Assembly (NCBI GenBank): GCA_046735235.1
Contig: JBKPSY010000162.1
Location: 1-49,143, forward strand
Direction: 5' to 3'
From: Acidobacteriota bacterium
Lineage (GTDB): Bacteria; Acidobacteriota; Vicinamibacteria; Vicinamibacterales; JAENWD01
DNA: 49,143 bases
A program made the translations under genes and the position numbers. The notes beneath the pieces are model-generated. The model did not search any database, was not told the origin of the DNA, and saw nothing but the letters and a program-made list of their open reading frames with translations. Positions 1 through 8,962 of this stretch are shown piece after piece (position 1 is the stretch's first letter; each line of letters starts with the position of its first letter).

Positions 1-165
1 CTTGCTGCCCTGCGGTCCCGTCAGCGTGACGGTGACGCCTGGAACGGCAAGCCCTTGCGCGTCGGTCACGCGCCCGGTGACGGCGCCGGTGGTTTCCTGC
101 GCCCAGCCGTGGCTCGTACCGGCCAGCAGAAGCATCGCCAGCAGAGCCAGAATTCGGCTTCTCAT
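1..165 (-). CDS. Oar-like TonB-dependent receptor, N-terminal fragment (runs off the window)
   Basis: Not in the ORF track. Manual translation from ATG at 165 gives MRSRILALLAMLLLAGTSHGWAQETTGAVTGRVTDAQGLAVPGVTVTLTG: signal peptide plus the start of a carboxypeptidase-regulatory-like domain, as in the neighbouring receptor. SD GAAGGAG at about 174-180. Confidence 0.8.
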   Translation of the reverse strand, partial: MRSRILALLAMLLLAGTSHGWAQETTGAVTGRVTDAQGLAVPGVTVTLTGPQGSK

Positions 166-460
166 GAACTCTTCTCCTTCGTTCGGCTGCGCGCTGCTCC
201 CGGCCCGCGCCGGCTCTTCGACGGACGACCCATGCTCGACAGTTGGACCGTCGCCGTCCGTCACGAAAGCTTGCAGTTGGTCACAGCCACCAATCCAATG
301 AATGCGGCGGTCCGCGGATGATCAGGGGCAATGGACATGCCGGGATCAACCGAGTGATCGGAATCGGAGAAACGTGACGAGTTGTGCCGGAAATGCGGCC
401 AAATGATCGTCGCGCGCGCCGAACCCGGCGCCGCGCCGGGATTGTTAAAGGTTCGTACGC

Positions 461-486
461 TTGAATTCAGGGACGAATGAATTCAA
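461..486. promoter_or_regulatory. Perfect dyad TTGAATTCA-N8-TGAATTCAA, candidate transcription-factor operator
   Basis: AT-rich 9-bp inverted repeat about 300 nt upstream of the first receptor in GC-rich DNA. Confidence 0.4.
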
Positions 487-595
487 CAGCTCGTAGTTCG
501 CGGCACGATCGGCTGTGGTGGATCGCGTGACGAGTGGAGTGATGAACAGCGGCGGCGGAAAGGTTTGTTGCGGATCGTTGCGTGCTGTCAGAGAG

Positions 596-635
596 AAAAA
601 AAGAGCCGGGCGCCACAGCGCGTGACGTCCGGCCC
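596..635 (-). terminator. Rho-independent terminator downstream of the second TonB receptor
   Basis: Minus strand GCCGGACGTCAC-loop-GTGGCGCCCGGC hairpin followed by TC and T7. Confidence 0.75.
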
Positions 636-639
636 GGAA

Positions 640-775
640 GAGGTGCATGGGTCCATGAGTCCATGGGTCCATAGGTCATGGGTCCACAGCCACGGCACCT
701 CTGAAGAACTTACTCACTCATTCACTCATTCGCTCAACCAACCCATGGCCCCATGCACCCATGGCCCCATGGACC
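640..775. repeat. 8-mer tandem repeat array (CCATGGGT family) with inverted copies
   Basis: About 5 units CCATGRGT at 645-683, TCAYTCAC-like units at 710-740, and CCCATGGC-like units at 742-775. Confidence 0.8.
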
Positions 776-778
776 TTT

Positions 779-3700
779 TTAGAAGAGGAACCGCACGCTC
801 AGCCGCCCCTGCAGTCCGGGGTTGAAGAGGTCGTCCATCGTATAGCGCGGGTCCTTCGCGTTGGCGCCGTCGGGCGTCGCCGCGAGCAGCGCGTTGTAGT
901 CGTACCCGTTGGCCAGGTTCGTGTTCGCCAGGTTGATCTCCGAAGACGTGCGCCGCGGTCGGTTCACGCTGTCGAAGAAGTGGCGGGCCGTCTGCTGGTT
1001 GAACAGGTTGAGGATGTTCGCCTCGAGACGCACGCGCTTGCTGCCCTGCAGCCTGATCTCGTGCGACACGAGCAGGTCCGTCTGCGAGAGGACCGGCGTT
1101 CTGCCCAGGCTGCCGCGGCCGTCCACGAACAGCGGGATGTTGTTGATGCTGTACACGGTGCGGCTGATGGGCGTGCCGCTGCCGACGTAGAAGAACGCGC
1201 CGACCTGCGTGCCGAACGGCATCAGGTACGAGCCGTACAACTTCGCGACGTGCGGGCGATCCGTCGCCAGGCGGCCAAGGACGTTCAGGTCGCCGTGCGA
1301 GTCCCACACGAGCTCGTCGAGGTCCCACGCGCGGTTCGCGCTGCTGCCGGCACGCGCGATGGTGCCCGACTGCTGCTGCGTCGTCGCCGACGTGCGGTTC
1401 GTCGTCGGCGTGTTCAGCTCGTCGGAGTTGGCGAGGCCCGCGTAGTTGCCGTAGAGGCGGCTGTAGACGTAGCTCGCGCTGGCGAACCAGTTGTTCGAGA
1501 AGCGCTTCTCGAGCGAGACCTCGAGCGCGTCGTAGTCCCTCGTCGGCTTGGGCGTGGCGAAGACGGGCGTCAGGCCCGAGGGGTTCATCGTTTCCGCGAT
1601 GCCCTCGCCCGGGTTGACGTACTTGTATTCCTCACTGCCGTTCACCAGCACGCCCATGTCCTCGATCGTGCGCTTGAGGCTGTTGTGCGTGTAGTTCACC
1701 GTGAGGGTCATATTCTGCTTCAGCTGATATTCCATGCCGGCGTTGAGGTTGTCCTGGCTCATCGGCTTCAGATTCGGATCGGTCGAATCGAAGTTGGGGA
1801 TGCGAAGGTCGCGGAAGCTGCCTGGCTCGGACGTCCACAGGTTGCGGCCCGGCAGGTTGGTGCCCGACAGCGAGAAGGCATCGGTCGTGTCGAGCGAGCG
1901 GTACTGGACTTTCCAGATGTCGCCGCCGAACCCGCCGCGCGCCAGCTCGTACTTCGTCCAGTCGTAGTAGCGGCCCCAGCTGCCGAACAGCTTCATGCGG
2001 CCGTCGCCGCGCACGTCGTAGCTGACGCCGAGGCGCGGCGCGATCTTGTCGCCGAAGCCGAAGCGGATCGCGTACGGCGCGATGTCGGTGCGGAAGGACG
2101 GAATCGTCTCACGCTCGGTGCGGAGGCCCATGTTGATGGTCATCCGGTTGAGCGACCACTGATCCTGCACGTACAGCGAGTAGATGTCAGACGACGCCTT
2201 GCCGCGCGTGCCGAGGTCGTCGACTTCGTAGTAGCCGTACGGACCGCGATCGGTAATGCCGGTCGCGTTGCTGGTGAACGCCTTGTTCCACCACACGTAG
2301 ACGTAGCCGCCACCTGGATACGTGTAGTCCACGTCGTTCGACGAATGCTGGTAGCCGAAGCCGGCCTTCAGGTTGTGCGCGCCCTTGGCGTTGAACACCT
2401 TGATGAAATCGGTGTTCACGTAGCCGCGCTTCGTGTGATCGAAATTCGCGAGCTGGATGCGCGGCGTGTTCTGGAAGCCGACGCCGCCGAGCTGATCGGC
2501 CGGGATCGGATAGCCGAGTCCGATCGGCGAAGACTGGTAGGTCACGCTGCTGATCGTGGGAACGCCGGTGTCCTTGTAGTTGTCGTCGAAGAGCCCGGCC
2601 CGGACGCTGATGAGCGACGTGTTCGTGAGCGTGTAGTCGAGCGTGCCGGCGTAGCTTCGCTGGGGGCTCTCGAACCCACGCGTCTTCTGGATCTGGTTCG
2701 ATGTCTTCGAGCTCGAGATCGAGTTGGCGATCGAGTCGTTGTAGGCCGGCAGCGTCCCGGTGGACGAGGTCGGCGTCCAGAGCACCGAGAAGCCGGTGCG
2801 CAGCCGGCTCGTCGGGTCGTAGTTCACCTTGCCGAAGGCGCTGTTGTAGGTCTGGCTCTGGTTGATCGTGTCGTTCTCGCTGCGCGTGAACAGGTAGTCG
2901 TTCGAGCGGCGCACGTAGCGCGGCGCCCACGATCCGAAGAAGAAGATCTTGTCCTTCACGATCGGGCCGCCGAGCGATCCGCCCACGTCGTGCCGGTTGT
3001 TCGGCATCTCCTTGTCCTGGATGTAGCTGACGGTCTTGTCGTCCAGCGGATCCAGCACGAGTCGCTTCACCGAATTCGCGGACGTCCCAGCGCCCGTGTA
3101 GTAGTAATGGCCCTCACCGTGAAACTGGTTGCCGCCCGACTTGGTCACCGCGCTGATGACGCCGCCGAGCGCGCCGCCATACTCGGCGCTGATGCCGCCG
3201 GTCTTGACCTGCACTTCCTGCAGGTATTCGAAGACCGCGTCCTGGCGCGAGCGGCCGTCAACGAGGCTGTTGGTCGTCACGCCGTCCACGGTGAACGAGT
3301 TCTCCGCGCCGCTGGCGCCGTTGACCTGGATGCCGCCCTCGATGTCGCCCGTGTTGACCGAAGGCGACGCGAGCGCCAGGTTCTGGAAGCTGCGGCCCTT
3401 CGGGATGCGGTCGATTTCCTCGGCGGTGACGTTGTGGGCGATGGTCGTGTTCTTGGTGTCGATGAGCGGCGACTCCGCGGTGACGCTCACCTGTTCCTGC
3501 ACGCCGCCGACCTTCAGCGCCGAGTCCACTGAGAGCGTCTTGCCGAGGAGCAGCACGACGTCGGACACCTCGCTCGACTGGAAGCCGGCCAGGTCGAATT
3601 TCACGGCGTAGCGGCCGGGCTCGAGATCGAGCACACGGTAGACGCCGTCGGCGCTGGTCACCGCGGTGTAGACCTTGCCGGTTTCCTTGTTGGTGATGGT

Positions 3701-3862
3701 CACGGTCGCGCCCGGCAGTACGGCGCCGCTGGCGTCCTTGACGCTGCCGGTGAGGCCGCTGAAGCGTTCCTGCGCCCATGCGGGACTAGCCGCGAGCGTC
3801 AGGAGGGCCAGCAGCGCGAGGACGAACCGGACGGGGCCGGCTCGCAGTGCGAAGCGGTTCAT
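779..3862 (-). CDS. Oar-like TonB-dependent outer-membrane receptor (carboxypeptidase-regulatory-like N-domain, plug, barrel)
   Basis: Signal peptide ending ASPAWA/QE, GSVKDASGAVLPGATVT, plug motif AEYGGALGGVISAVTKSG, C-terminal Phe (VRFLF). Start moved to ATG 3862 (SD GAAAGGAG). Confidence 0.9.
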   Translation of the reverse strand: MNRFALRAGPVRFVLALLALLTLAASPAWAQERFSGLTGSVKDASGAVLPGATVTITNKETGKVYTAVTSADGVYRVLDLEPGRYAVKFDLAGFQSSEVSDVVLLLGKTLSVDSALKVGGVQEQVSVTAESPLIDTKNTTIAHNVTAEEIDRIPKGRSFQNLALASPSVNTGDIEGGIQVNGASGAENSFTVDGVTTNSLVDGRSRQDAVFEYLQEVQVKTGGISAEYGGALGGVISAVTKSGGNQFHGEGHYYYTGAGTSANSVKRLVLDPLDDKTVSYIQDKEMPNNRHDVGGSLGGPIVKDKIFFFGSWAPRYVRRSNDYLFTRSENDTINQSQTYNSAFGKVNYDPTSRLRTGFSVLWTPTSSTGTLPAYNDSIANSISSSKTSNQIQKTRGFESPQRSYAGTLDYTLTNTSLISVRAGLFDDNYKDTGVPTISSVTYQSSPIGLGYPIPADQLGGVGFQNTPRIQLANFDHTKRGYVNTDFIKVFNAKGAHNLKAGFGYQHSSNDVDYTYPGGGYVYVWWNKAFTSNATGITDRGPYGYYEVDDLGTRGKASSDIYSLYVQDQWSLNRMTINMGLRTERETIPSFRTDIAPYAIRFGFGDKIAPRLGVSYDVRGDGRMKLFGSWGRYYDWTKYELARGGFGGDIWKVQYRSLDTTDAFSLSGTNLPGRNLWTSEPGSFRDLRIPNFDSTDPNLKPMSQDNLNAGMEYQLKQNMTLTVNYTHNSLKRTIEDMGVLVNGSEEYKYVNPGEGIAETMNPSGLTPVFATPKPTRDYDALEVSLEKRFSNNWFASASYVYSRLYGNYAGLANSDELNTPTTNRTSATTQQQSGTIARAGSSANRAWDLDELVWDSHGDLNVLGRLATDRPHVAKLYGSYLMPFGTQVGAFFYVGSGTPISRTVYSINNIPLFVDGRGSLGRTPVLSQTDLLVSHEIRLQGSKRVRLEANILNLFNQQTARHFFDSVNRPRRTSSEINLANTNLANGYDYNALLAATPDGANAKDPRYTMDDLFNPGLQGRLSVRFLF

Positions 3863-3998
3863 TCGAAGGCTCCTTTCGAGGTCATGCGATGCCCCGGCCG
3901 GTCCACGCGTCGCCTCATCACGACGCACGGCACGTTCGTCCCCATGACGCGGTCTGTCACGGGATGCCCGGGGCACGGCGGTCAGAGCGTGACTAATG

Positions 3999-4013
3999 GC
4001 AGGTCGCGTGCCG
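3999..4013 (-). promoter_or_regulatory. Possible sigma-54 -24/-12 promoter
   Basis: Minus strand CGGCACGCGACCTGC has GG-N10-GC with GGCACG, about 135 nt upstream of the receptor start. A chance match is possible at this GC content. Confidence 0.3.
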
Positions 4014-4336
4014 CGCTTACGCGTTTCGTCCCATGCGGTTGACCGAGGCGCGATCTGCCGTCAGCCGAGATGATCGAGGGGCGAACGATCCAGGTCGGGG
4101 ACGAACCGTGTGACGGTCGCGATCGAAACGTGCGCTCGCGCAATGCGCGGAAACGAATCTCACCGGATTTCAGGATTCGCCAGGCTCGAATGTTCAAAGA
4201 CCCGGAGACGCGGATGACCAGTCACGTCGGCGGCGCGTGGTGAACGGCTGCAGCGAACGTCGTTCGTCACGCGAATGCGACGTTCGGTCACTGACGGCGA
4301 TCACGCGTCACACTGCGGTCGAACCAAGAACGGTCT

Positions 4337-4583
4337 AACCACAGATTCCACCGATTGCACAGATTCAGGGATTACCGGACTTGACTGATTCCGTGGGCGC
4401 TGCGACCGACGCAGGCCGCGAACGCGGCCGGCTGAGGGGGACAGGACAGAGAGCGGAGACAGCTTCCGGTTCTCGTTCGTGCCGTCTCCGCTCTCTGTCC
4501 TGTCCCCATCACGGCGGCTTCGCCGCCAGTCGGTCGCGCCGTCGGACATCGAGAAATCTGTGGAATCTGCGAAATCTGTGGTT
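4337..4583. repeat. Nested inverted-repeat element (MITE/REP-like or structured RNA)
   Basis: Outer arms of 9-10-mer CACAGATT repeats (4337-4366 / 4554-4583), 9-bp stem 4402-4410 / 4529-4537, two small hairpins, and a perfect 24-bp stem 4437-4460 / 4484-4507. Confidence 0.8.
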
Positions 4584-4628
4584 TCACTTGCTCTTGGTGG
4601 GAGTGCAGCGTGATCCCGTGGCCTTCAC

Positions 4629-4634
4629 TACAAT
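4629..4634 (+). promoter_or_regulatory. -10 box TACAAT, probable leaderless thiolase transcript
   Basis: TACAAT-N6-ATG, no SD. Confidence 0.5.
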
Positions 4635-4640
4635 CCCTAG

Positions 4641-5843
4641 ATGCTTCCAGCCCCGGTCTTCATCGTGAGCGCTGCGCGAACCCCCATCGGGCGGTACGGC
4701 GGGGCGTTCCGCGACGTCCATCCCGCCGAACTCGGCGCCGTGGCGGCGCGCGCGGCGCTCGAGCGCGCGGGCGTCCCCGCCGATGCCGTGGACGACGTGT
4801 GGGTTGGCCACGCGCGGCAGGCGGGCTCGGGGCCGAATCCCGCGCGACAGGTGGTGCGTCGCGCCGGTCTGCCGGATCGGGTGCCGGCGACCACGGTGAA
4901 CAAGGCGTGCGCGTCAGGGATGGAGGCAGTCGCTGCCGGCGCGGGCGCGATCGCGCTGGGCGAAGCCGACATCGTGCTGGCGGCGGGCATCGAGTCGATG
5001 AGCCGCATGCCGTACCTCATCGACGCGATCGACGCGCGCTGGGGGCACAAGATGGGCAACTTCGCCCTCGTCGACGCGATGTACCGCGACGGGTTCACGT
5101 GCTCGCTCTGCGGCCTTGTGATGGGCGAGACGGCCGAGATTCTGGCGCGCGAGTACGCGATCACGCGCGAGGCGAGCGACGCCTTTGCGCTCGACAGCCA
5201 GCAGAAGGCGGCGCGCGCGATCGCCGCCCGCGCATTCGACGCCGAGCTCGCGCCTGTGACCGTTCAGGGCTCGAAGGGGCAGACCGTCACCTCCGCCGAC
5301 GAACATCCGCGGTCGGAGACGACGCTGGCGGCCCTGGCGAGGCTGGCGCCGGCCTTCGAGCACGACGGCACGCCCGGCATCATCACGGCCGGCAGCGCCT
5401 CAGGCGTCACCGACGGCGGAGCCGCGATGGTCCTGGCGGGCGTCGACGCCGTTTCCGAGCATCGCCTTCAGCCCATGGCGCGCATCCTCGGATGGGCGAG
5501 CGCCGGCGTCGATCCGCGCCGCATGGGGATCGGTCCTGTGCCGGCCGTGCGGATCCTGCTCGAGAAGCTCTCGATGCGGCTGGAGGAGTTCGATCTCGTG
5601 GAGTTGAACGAGGCCTTTGCGCCGCAGGTGCTTGCGGTGCTTGCCGACCTGCCGATCGATCGCACGCGGCTGAACGTGAATGGCGGCGCGATCGCGCTCG
5701 GTCATCCAATCGGCTGCACCGGCACGCGCATCCTCGTGACGCTGGTCCACGCCATGCGAGCGCGCGGTGCCCGCCGCGGCCTGGCCACGCTCTGCGTCAG
5801 CGGGGGGATGGGGATGGCGATGGCGGTGGAACTGACGTCTTGA
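4641..5843 (+). CDS. Acetyl-CoA C-acetyltransferase (thiolase)
   Basis: RTPIG, NKACASG (catalytic Cys), ELNEAFA, GGAIALGHPIG and LCVSGG motifs. Confidence 0.95.
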   Translation: MLPAPVFIVSAARTPIGRYGGAFRDVHPAELGAVAARAALERAGVPADAVDDVWVGHARQAGSGPNPARQVVRRAGLPDRVPATTVNKACASGMEAVAAGAGAIALGEADIVLAAGIESMSRMPYLIDAIDARWGHKMGNFALVDAMYRDGFTCSLCGLVMGETAEILAREYAITREASDAFALDSQQKAARAIAARAFDAELAPVTVQGSKGQTVTSADEHPRSETTLAALARLAPAFEHDGTPGIITAGSASGVTDGGAAMVLAGVDAVSEHRLQPMARILGWASAGVDPRRMGIGPVPAVRILLEKLSMRLEEFDLVELNEAFAPQVLAVLADLPIDRTRLNVNGGAIALGHPIGCTGTRILVTLVHAMRARGARRGLATLCVSGGMGMAMAVELTS

Positions 5844-5870
5844 AAATGCGACGGAGATCGAGCCGAGGAC

Positions 5871-6989
5871 TTAGCGTCGGGGGGCGCGACGCAGGACCTC
5901 AGCTACCGCCTCGAACGCCGGTTTCTCGCTGCCATCGCGGCCCCACAGCAACGGGTAGTTCACGCGGCCCGGAATCGGGAAATTGTTCAGCCACGATGCG
6001 CCGTCCGTGAGCCCCCAGAAGGTGACTCGCCGGACGCCGTGCTTCAGGAACAGCGCGAACACATCTGCGTAGCGCCGCGCGAGCTTCTGCTGCATCGCGT
6101 CCGGGAGTCCGTCGGGGTAGAGGTTGGTTGCCGCCTTGATCTGCATCTTCTTCGACAGGTCGGCGCCCCACATGTCGGGATCGCGCGGCAGGACGTCCAT
6201 GTCGAGCTCCGTGATCAGGGGTTGGACGCCCGCACCCTCGATGGCGGCCAGCGTCTCGTCGATCGCCTGGAGGGGCGGCTCGTCGATGCCCCAGTGGCCC
6301 TGCTCGCCAATCCCGTCGACGCGCAGGCCGCTGGCCTTCAGGCGCTGCACGAGACGAATCGCCGCGTCCCGCTTCGCAGGCTTCCAGAGGTTGTAGTCGT
6401 TGTAATAGAGCTCCGCGTCCGGGTCGGCGGCGTGCGCGTACTCGAACGCCTTCTCGACGAAGTCGTCGCCGATCCCATCCCGCCACGGCGTGTGCCGGAG
6501 CGTCCCGTCGTCTTCGAGCGCCTCGTTGACCACGTCCCAACCGCCGATCTTCCCGCGGTAGCGGCCGACCACCGTCGTGATGTGGTCCTTCAGCCGGGCG
6601 AGCAGCGCTTCACGAGTGACCTTCGCGCCCGCCTCACCCGCGAAGACCCACGCGGGAGTCTGCTGGTGCCACAACAGCACGTGACCGACGACGAACATGC
6701 CGTGGCTGCGGCCGAACTCGACGTAACGGTCGGCAGGTTCGAAGTTGTACCGATCCGGAGCAGGATGTACCGACTCCCACTTCAGGAGATTCTCGGGACT
6801 GATCTGGTTGAACTGGCGAACCACCAGCGAGACGGCCGCCGCGTCGCGCTGGTCGCTCAGCGCCTGGTTGAGGGCGACGCCGATCTTCAGCGTTGGCGGA
6901 GCGACGTCCTTCAGAGCAGCCGGAGCGTCGGCGGCCAGCGTGACCGCCGCGGCGATGAACGGGAAGAGCGCAATCACGGTTCGCGACAT
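5871..6989 (-). CDS. Endo-1,4-beta-xylanase, GH10, secreted
   Basis: Signal peptide; PENLLKW, GHVLLWHQQ, WDVVNE (acid/base), YYNDYN and ITELD (nucleophile). Confidence 0.95.
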   Translation of the reverse strand: MSRTVIALFPFIAAAVTLAADAPAALKDVAPPTLKIGVALNQALSDQRDAAAVSLVVRQFNQISPENLLKWESVHPAPDRYNFEPADRYVEFGRSHGMFVVGHVLLWHQQTPAWVFAGEAGAKVTREALLARLKDHITTVVGRYRGKIGGWDVVNEALEDDGTLRHTPWRDGIGDDFVEKAFEYAHAADPDAELYYNDYNLWKPAKRDAAIRLVQRLKASGLRVDGIGEQGHWGIDEPPLQAIDETLAAIEGAGVQPLITELDMDVLPRDPDMWGADLSKKMQIKAATNLYPDGLPDAMQQKLARRYADVFALFLKHGVRRVTFWGLTDGASWLNNFPIPGRVNYPLLWGRDGSEKPAFEAVAEVLRRAPRR

Positions 6990-7068
6990 GGACGGGTCTC
7001 CGGACAGTACGGACGGCGGCCAGACGGTATATCGTATCCGCGGTCTTTTTGTTCACAAAGGACACACG

Positions 7069-8910
7069 ATGCTGCGCTCGCTGTCAGGGGTCTTCGTCAT
7101 CGCGGTGGTCGCCGCCGCGCCGGTTGCGGCGCAGCCCTCCGGGGGTCCGTACGGCCCGATTCAACAGACTTATGAAGTGCCTGCCGCGCCGCACGTCTAC
7201 TACGTCGCGCCGGACGGGCGTTCCGATGGGCCAGGGACGCTTGCACAGCCAACGACCCTGGAGTCGGCCATCGCCGAGGTCGTGACCGGTGACGCGGTGA
7301 TCTTGCGCGGCGGCGTCTATCGCACGGGCGGCCTCCTCCTGAATCAGGGCATCACGATTCAGCCGTACCGTGACGAGCGGCCCATCCTCAAAGGCACGCA
7401 GGTGGCCAGCACGTGGCAGCCCTTGCGCAACGCGTTGTGGAAGACGTCGTGGTCGAAGCTCTTTCCCGCGAAGCCTCTCGGGTGGTGGCAGCGGGATCGC
7501 GAAGGCATGCGGACGCCGCTCCACCGGTTCAACAACGACATGGTCTTCGTGGACGGCCGCATGCTGCAGTCGGCCGGGTGGGAAGGGGAGGTGGACGAGA
7601 ACTCGTACTACATCGACTACGAGAAGGGCCAGGTCTACATCGGCGTGGACCCCACGGGACGGCAGGTCGAGATCACCGCGTTCGACAGCGCGCTGGTCCG
7701 CACGAGCCTCGCGGTCCACGGCAAGACGTCGGATCGCAAGGGTCCGGCCATCCGCGGCATCACCTTCACGCAGTATGCCTATCGGGCCCTGGAGGTCGAA
7801 GGGAAGAAGCAGTTCACCTCCGCCGACGAGCCGACCGACGAGCCGGTCGGTCTGGCCGATCCGTCCACGTTCGGCAAGGAAGTCGTGGGGACCCTGCTCG
7901 AGAACGTCACCATCACGTTCTGCTCGCGGGTGGCCGGCTACTTTCGCGGGGATGGCCTCGTCATCCGCAACTCGCTCATCAGCGACACCAGCACGGAAGG
8001 CATCTACGTGATCGGGTCGTCAGACGTCCTGCTCGAGCGGAACATCATCCGCAGGAACAACGTCGAGCACCTGACGGGCTATTACCCGGCCGCCGTCAAG
8101 ATCTTCAACCAGACGCGCCGGGTGACCTGCCGCGACAACCTGGTCATCGACAACCCCGACTCGAACGGCATCTGGTATGACGTGGGAAACCGCGATGCCG
8201 TGTTCGTGAACAACCGGATCGAGAACGCACAGGACGGCTTCTTCTTCGAGATCTCCCGCGGCGCCATCGTCGCCGGCAACGTGTTCGTCCGCTGCAACAA
8301 GGGGGTTCGCGTGCTCAACTCCGCGGATGTGCGCCTCTACAACAACACGTTCGTCGACACGGCGGCCTCGTTCGAGCGCAACGAGCGCAGCGCGACCGGC
8401 GATCACTTCGGGTGGCACCCGTCCACCGGTCCCGGTGTGGAGGAGCGCGACGGGCATGTCTTCGTGGGCAACCTGCTCGTGGCGAGCGACACCTACACGC
8501 AGCCGATGCTGCGGTTCGAGCAGCCGAAGGCCCTCTGCGAGAAGCTCACACGCCCGCAGGCGACAACCGTGGACGGGAACGTCTACGTGCGCGCGGCGTC
8601 TCGGCCCGAGGGCGGCGACGCGAAGCCTGTTCCGCTGGCCACGTGGAGTCCGGCGCCGACTGACTCGTGCCTGACGCCGGCGGCCTCGCTCGAGGAGTTC
8701 CGCGCGCTGGCGCCCGCATTCGAGGCCCATGGCCAGTTACTCGATCTGTCGCCGCGCTCCGTGTTCAAGAGCCCGGAGCTCGGTCGTTACGAGCTGCAAG
8801 GCCCCTTGCCAGGCACGACACGCGCCGCGACGCCGCCCGACGTCCTGAAGGTGCTCGGCTGGAGCGCGCAGGACGCCAGGACGGCCGGTGCCTACCCGCT
8901 CCGTCAGTGA
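7069..8910 (+). CDS. Secreted right-handed parallel beta-helix protein, GH120-like putative glycosidase
   Basis: Start ATG 7069 with SD AAAGGA; signal peptide; YYVAPDG..GT...GDAVILRGGVY N-cap; Asn-ladder repeats; AVKIF, GIWYD and FFFEISRG motifs. Confidence 0.75.
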   Translation: MLRSLSGVFVIAVVAAAPVAAQPSGGPYGPIQQTYEVPAAPHVYYVAPDGRSDGPGTLAQPTTLESAIAEVVTGDAVILRGGVYRTGGLLLNQGITIQPYRDERPILKGTQVASTWQPLRNALWKTSWSKLFPAKPLGWWQRDREGMRTPLHRFNNDMVFVDGRMLQSAGWEGEVDENSYYIDYEKGQVYIGVDPTGRQVEITAFDSALVRTSLAVHGKTSDRKGPAIRGITFTQYAYRALEVEGKKQFTSADEPTDEPVGLADPSTFGKEVVGTLLENVTITFCSRVAGYFRGDGLVIRNSLISDTSTEGIYVIGSSDVLLERNIIRRNNVEHLTGYYPAAVKIFNQTRRVTCRDNLVIDNPDSNGIWYDVGNRDAVFVNNRIENAQDGFFFEISRGAIVAGNVFVRCNKGVRVLNSADVRLYNNTFVDTAASFERNERSATGDHFGWHPSTGPGVEERDGHVFVGNLLVASDTYTQPMLRFEQPKALCEKLTRPQATTVDGNVYVRAASRPEGGDAKPVPLATWSPAPTDSCLTPAASLEEFRALAPAFEAHGQLLDLSPRSVFKSPELGRYELQGPLPGTTRAATPPDVLKVLGWSAQDARTAGAYPLRQ

Positions 8911-8934
8911 AGGGGAACTTCAAGACGAGCGCTC

Positions 8935-8962
8935 GCCCACCGTAGCCTTGGCGGAGGTGGGT
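8935..8962. repeat. Palindromic REP-like element between convergent genes (may act as terminator)
   Basis: GCCCACCGTAGCCTTGGCGGAGGTGGGT hairpin; related sequence at 23545-23570. Confidence 0.6.

Noticed and set aside
166-595. Cobalamin or other riboswitch upstream of the TonB receptor
   Set aside because: No B12-box or other recognisable riboswitch consensus seen by eye. An Rfam scan would be needed to exclude it fully.
640-775. Possible CRISPR array (also 40760-40851 and 42399-42556)
   Set aside because: Units are 7-8 nt and contiguous with no unique spacers; no cas genes in the window.
445-825. Short ORFs containing HGPM / PWVH repeats
   Set aside because: Translations of the 8-mer DNA repeats and terminator; no SD or coding bias.
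761-3532. 923-aa plus-strand ORF, and similar long antisense ORFs (26394-28403, 31220-32983, 43154-46294, 46685-49105)
   Set aside because: Shadow frames of well-supported genes. Strong GC3 bias removes stops on the opposite strand, and the translations are Arg/Val/Ala-rich with no motifs.
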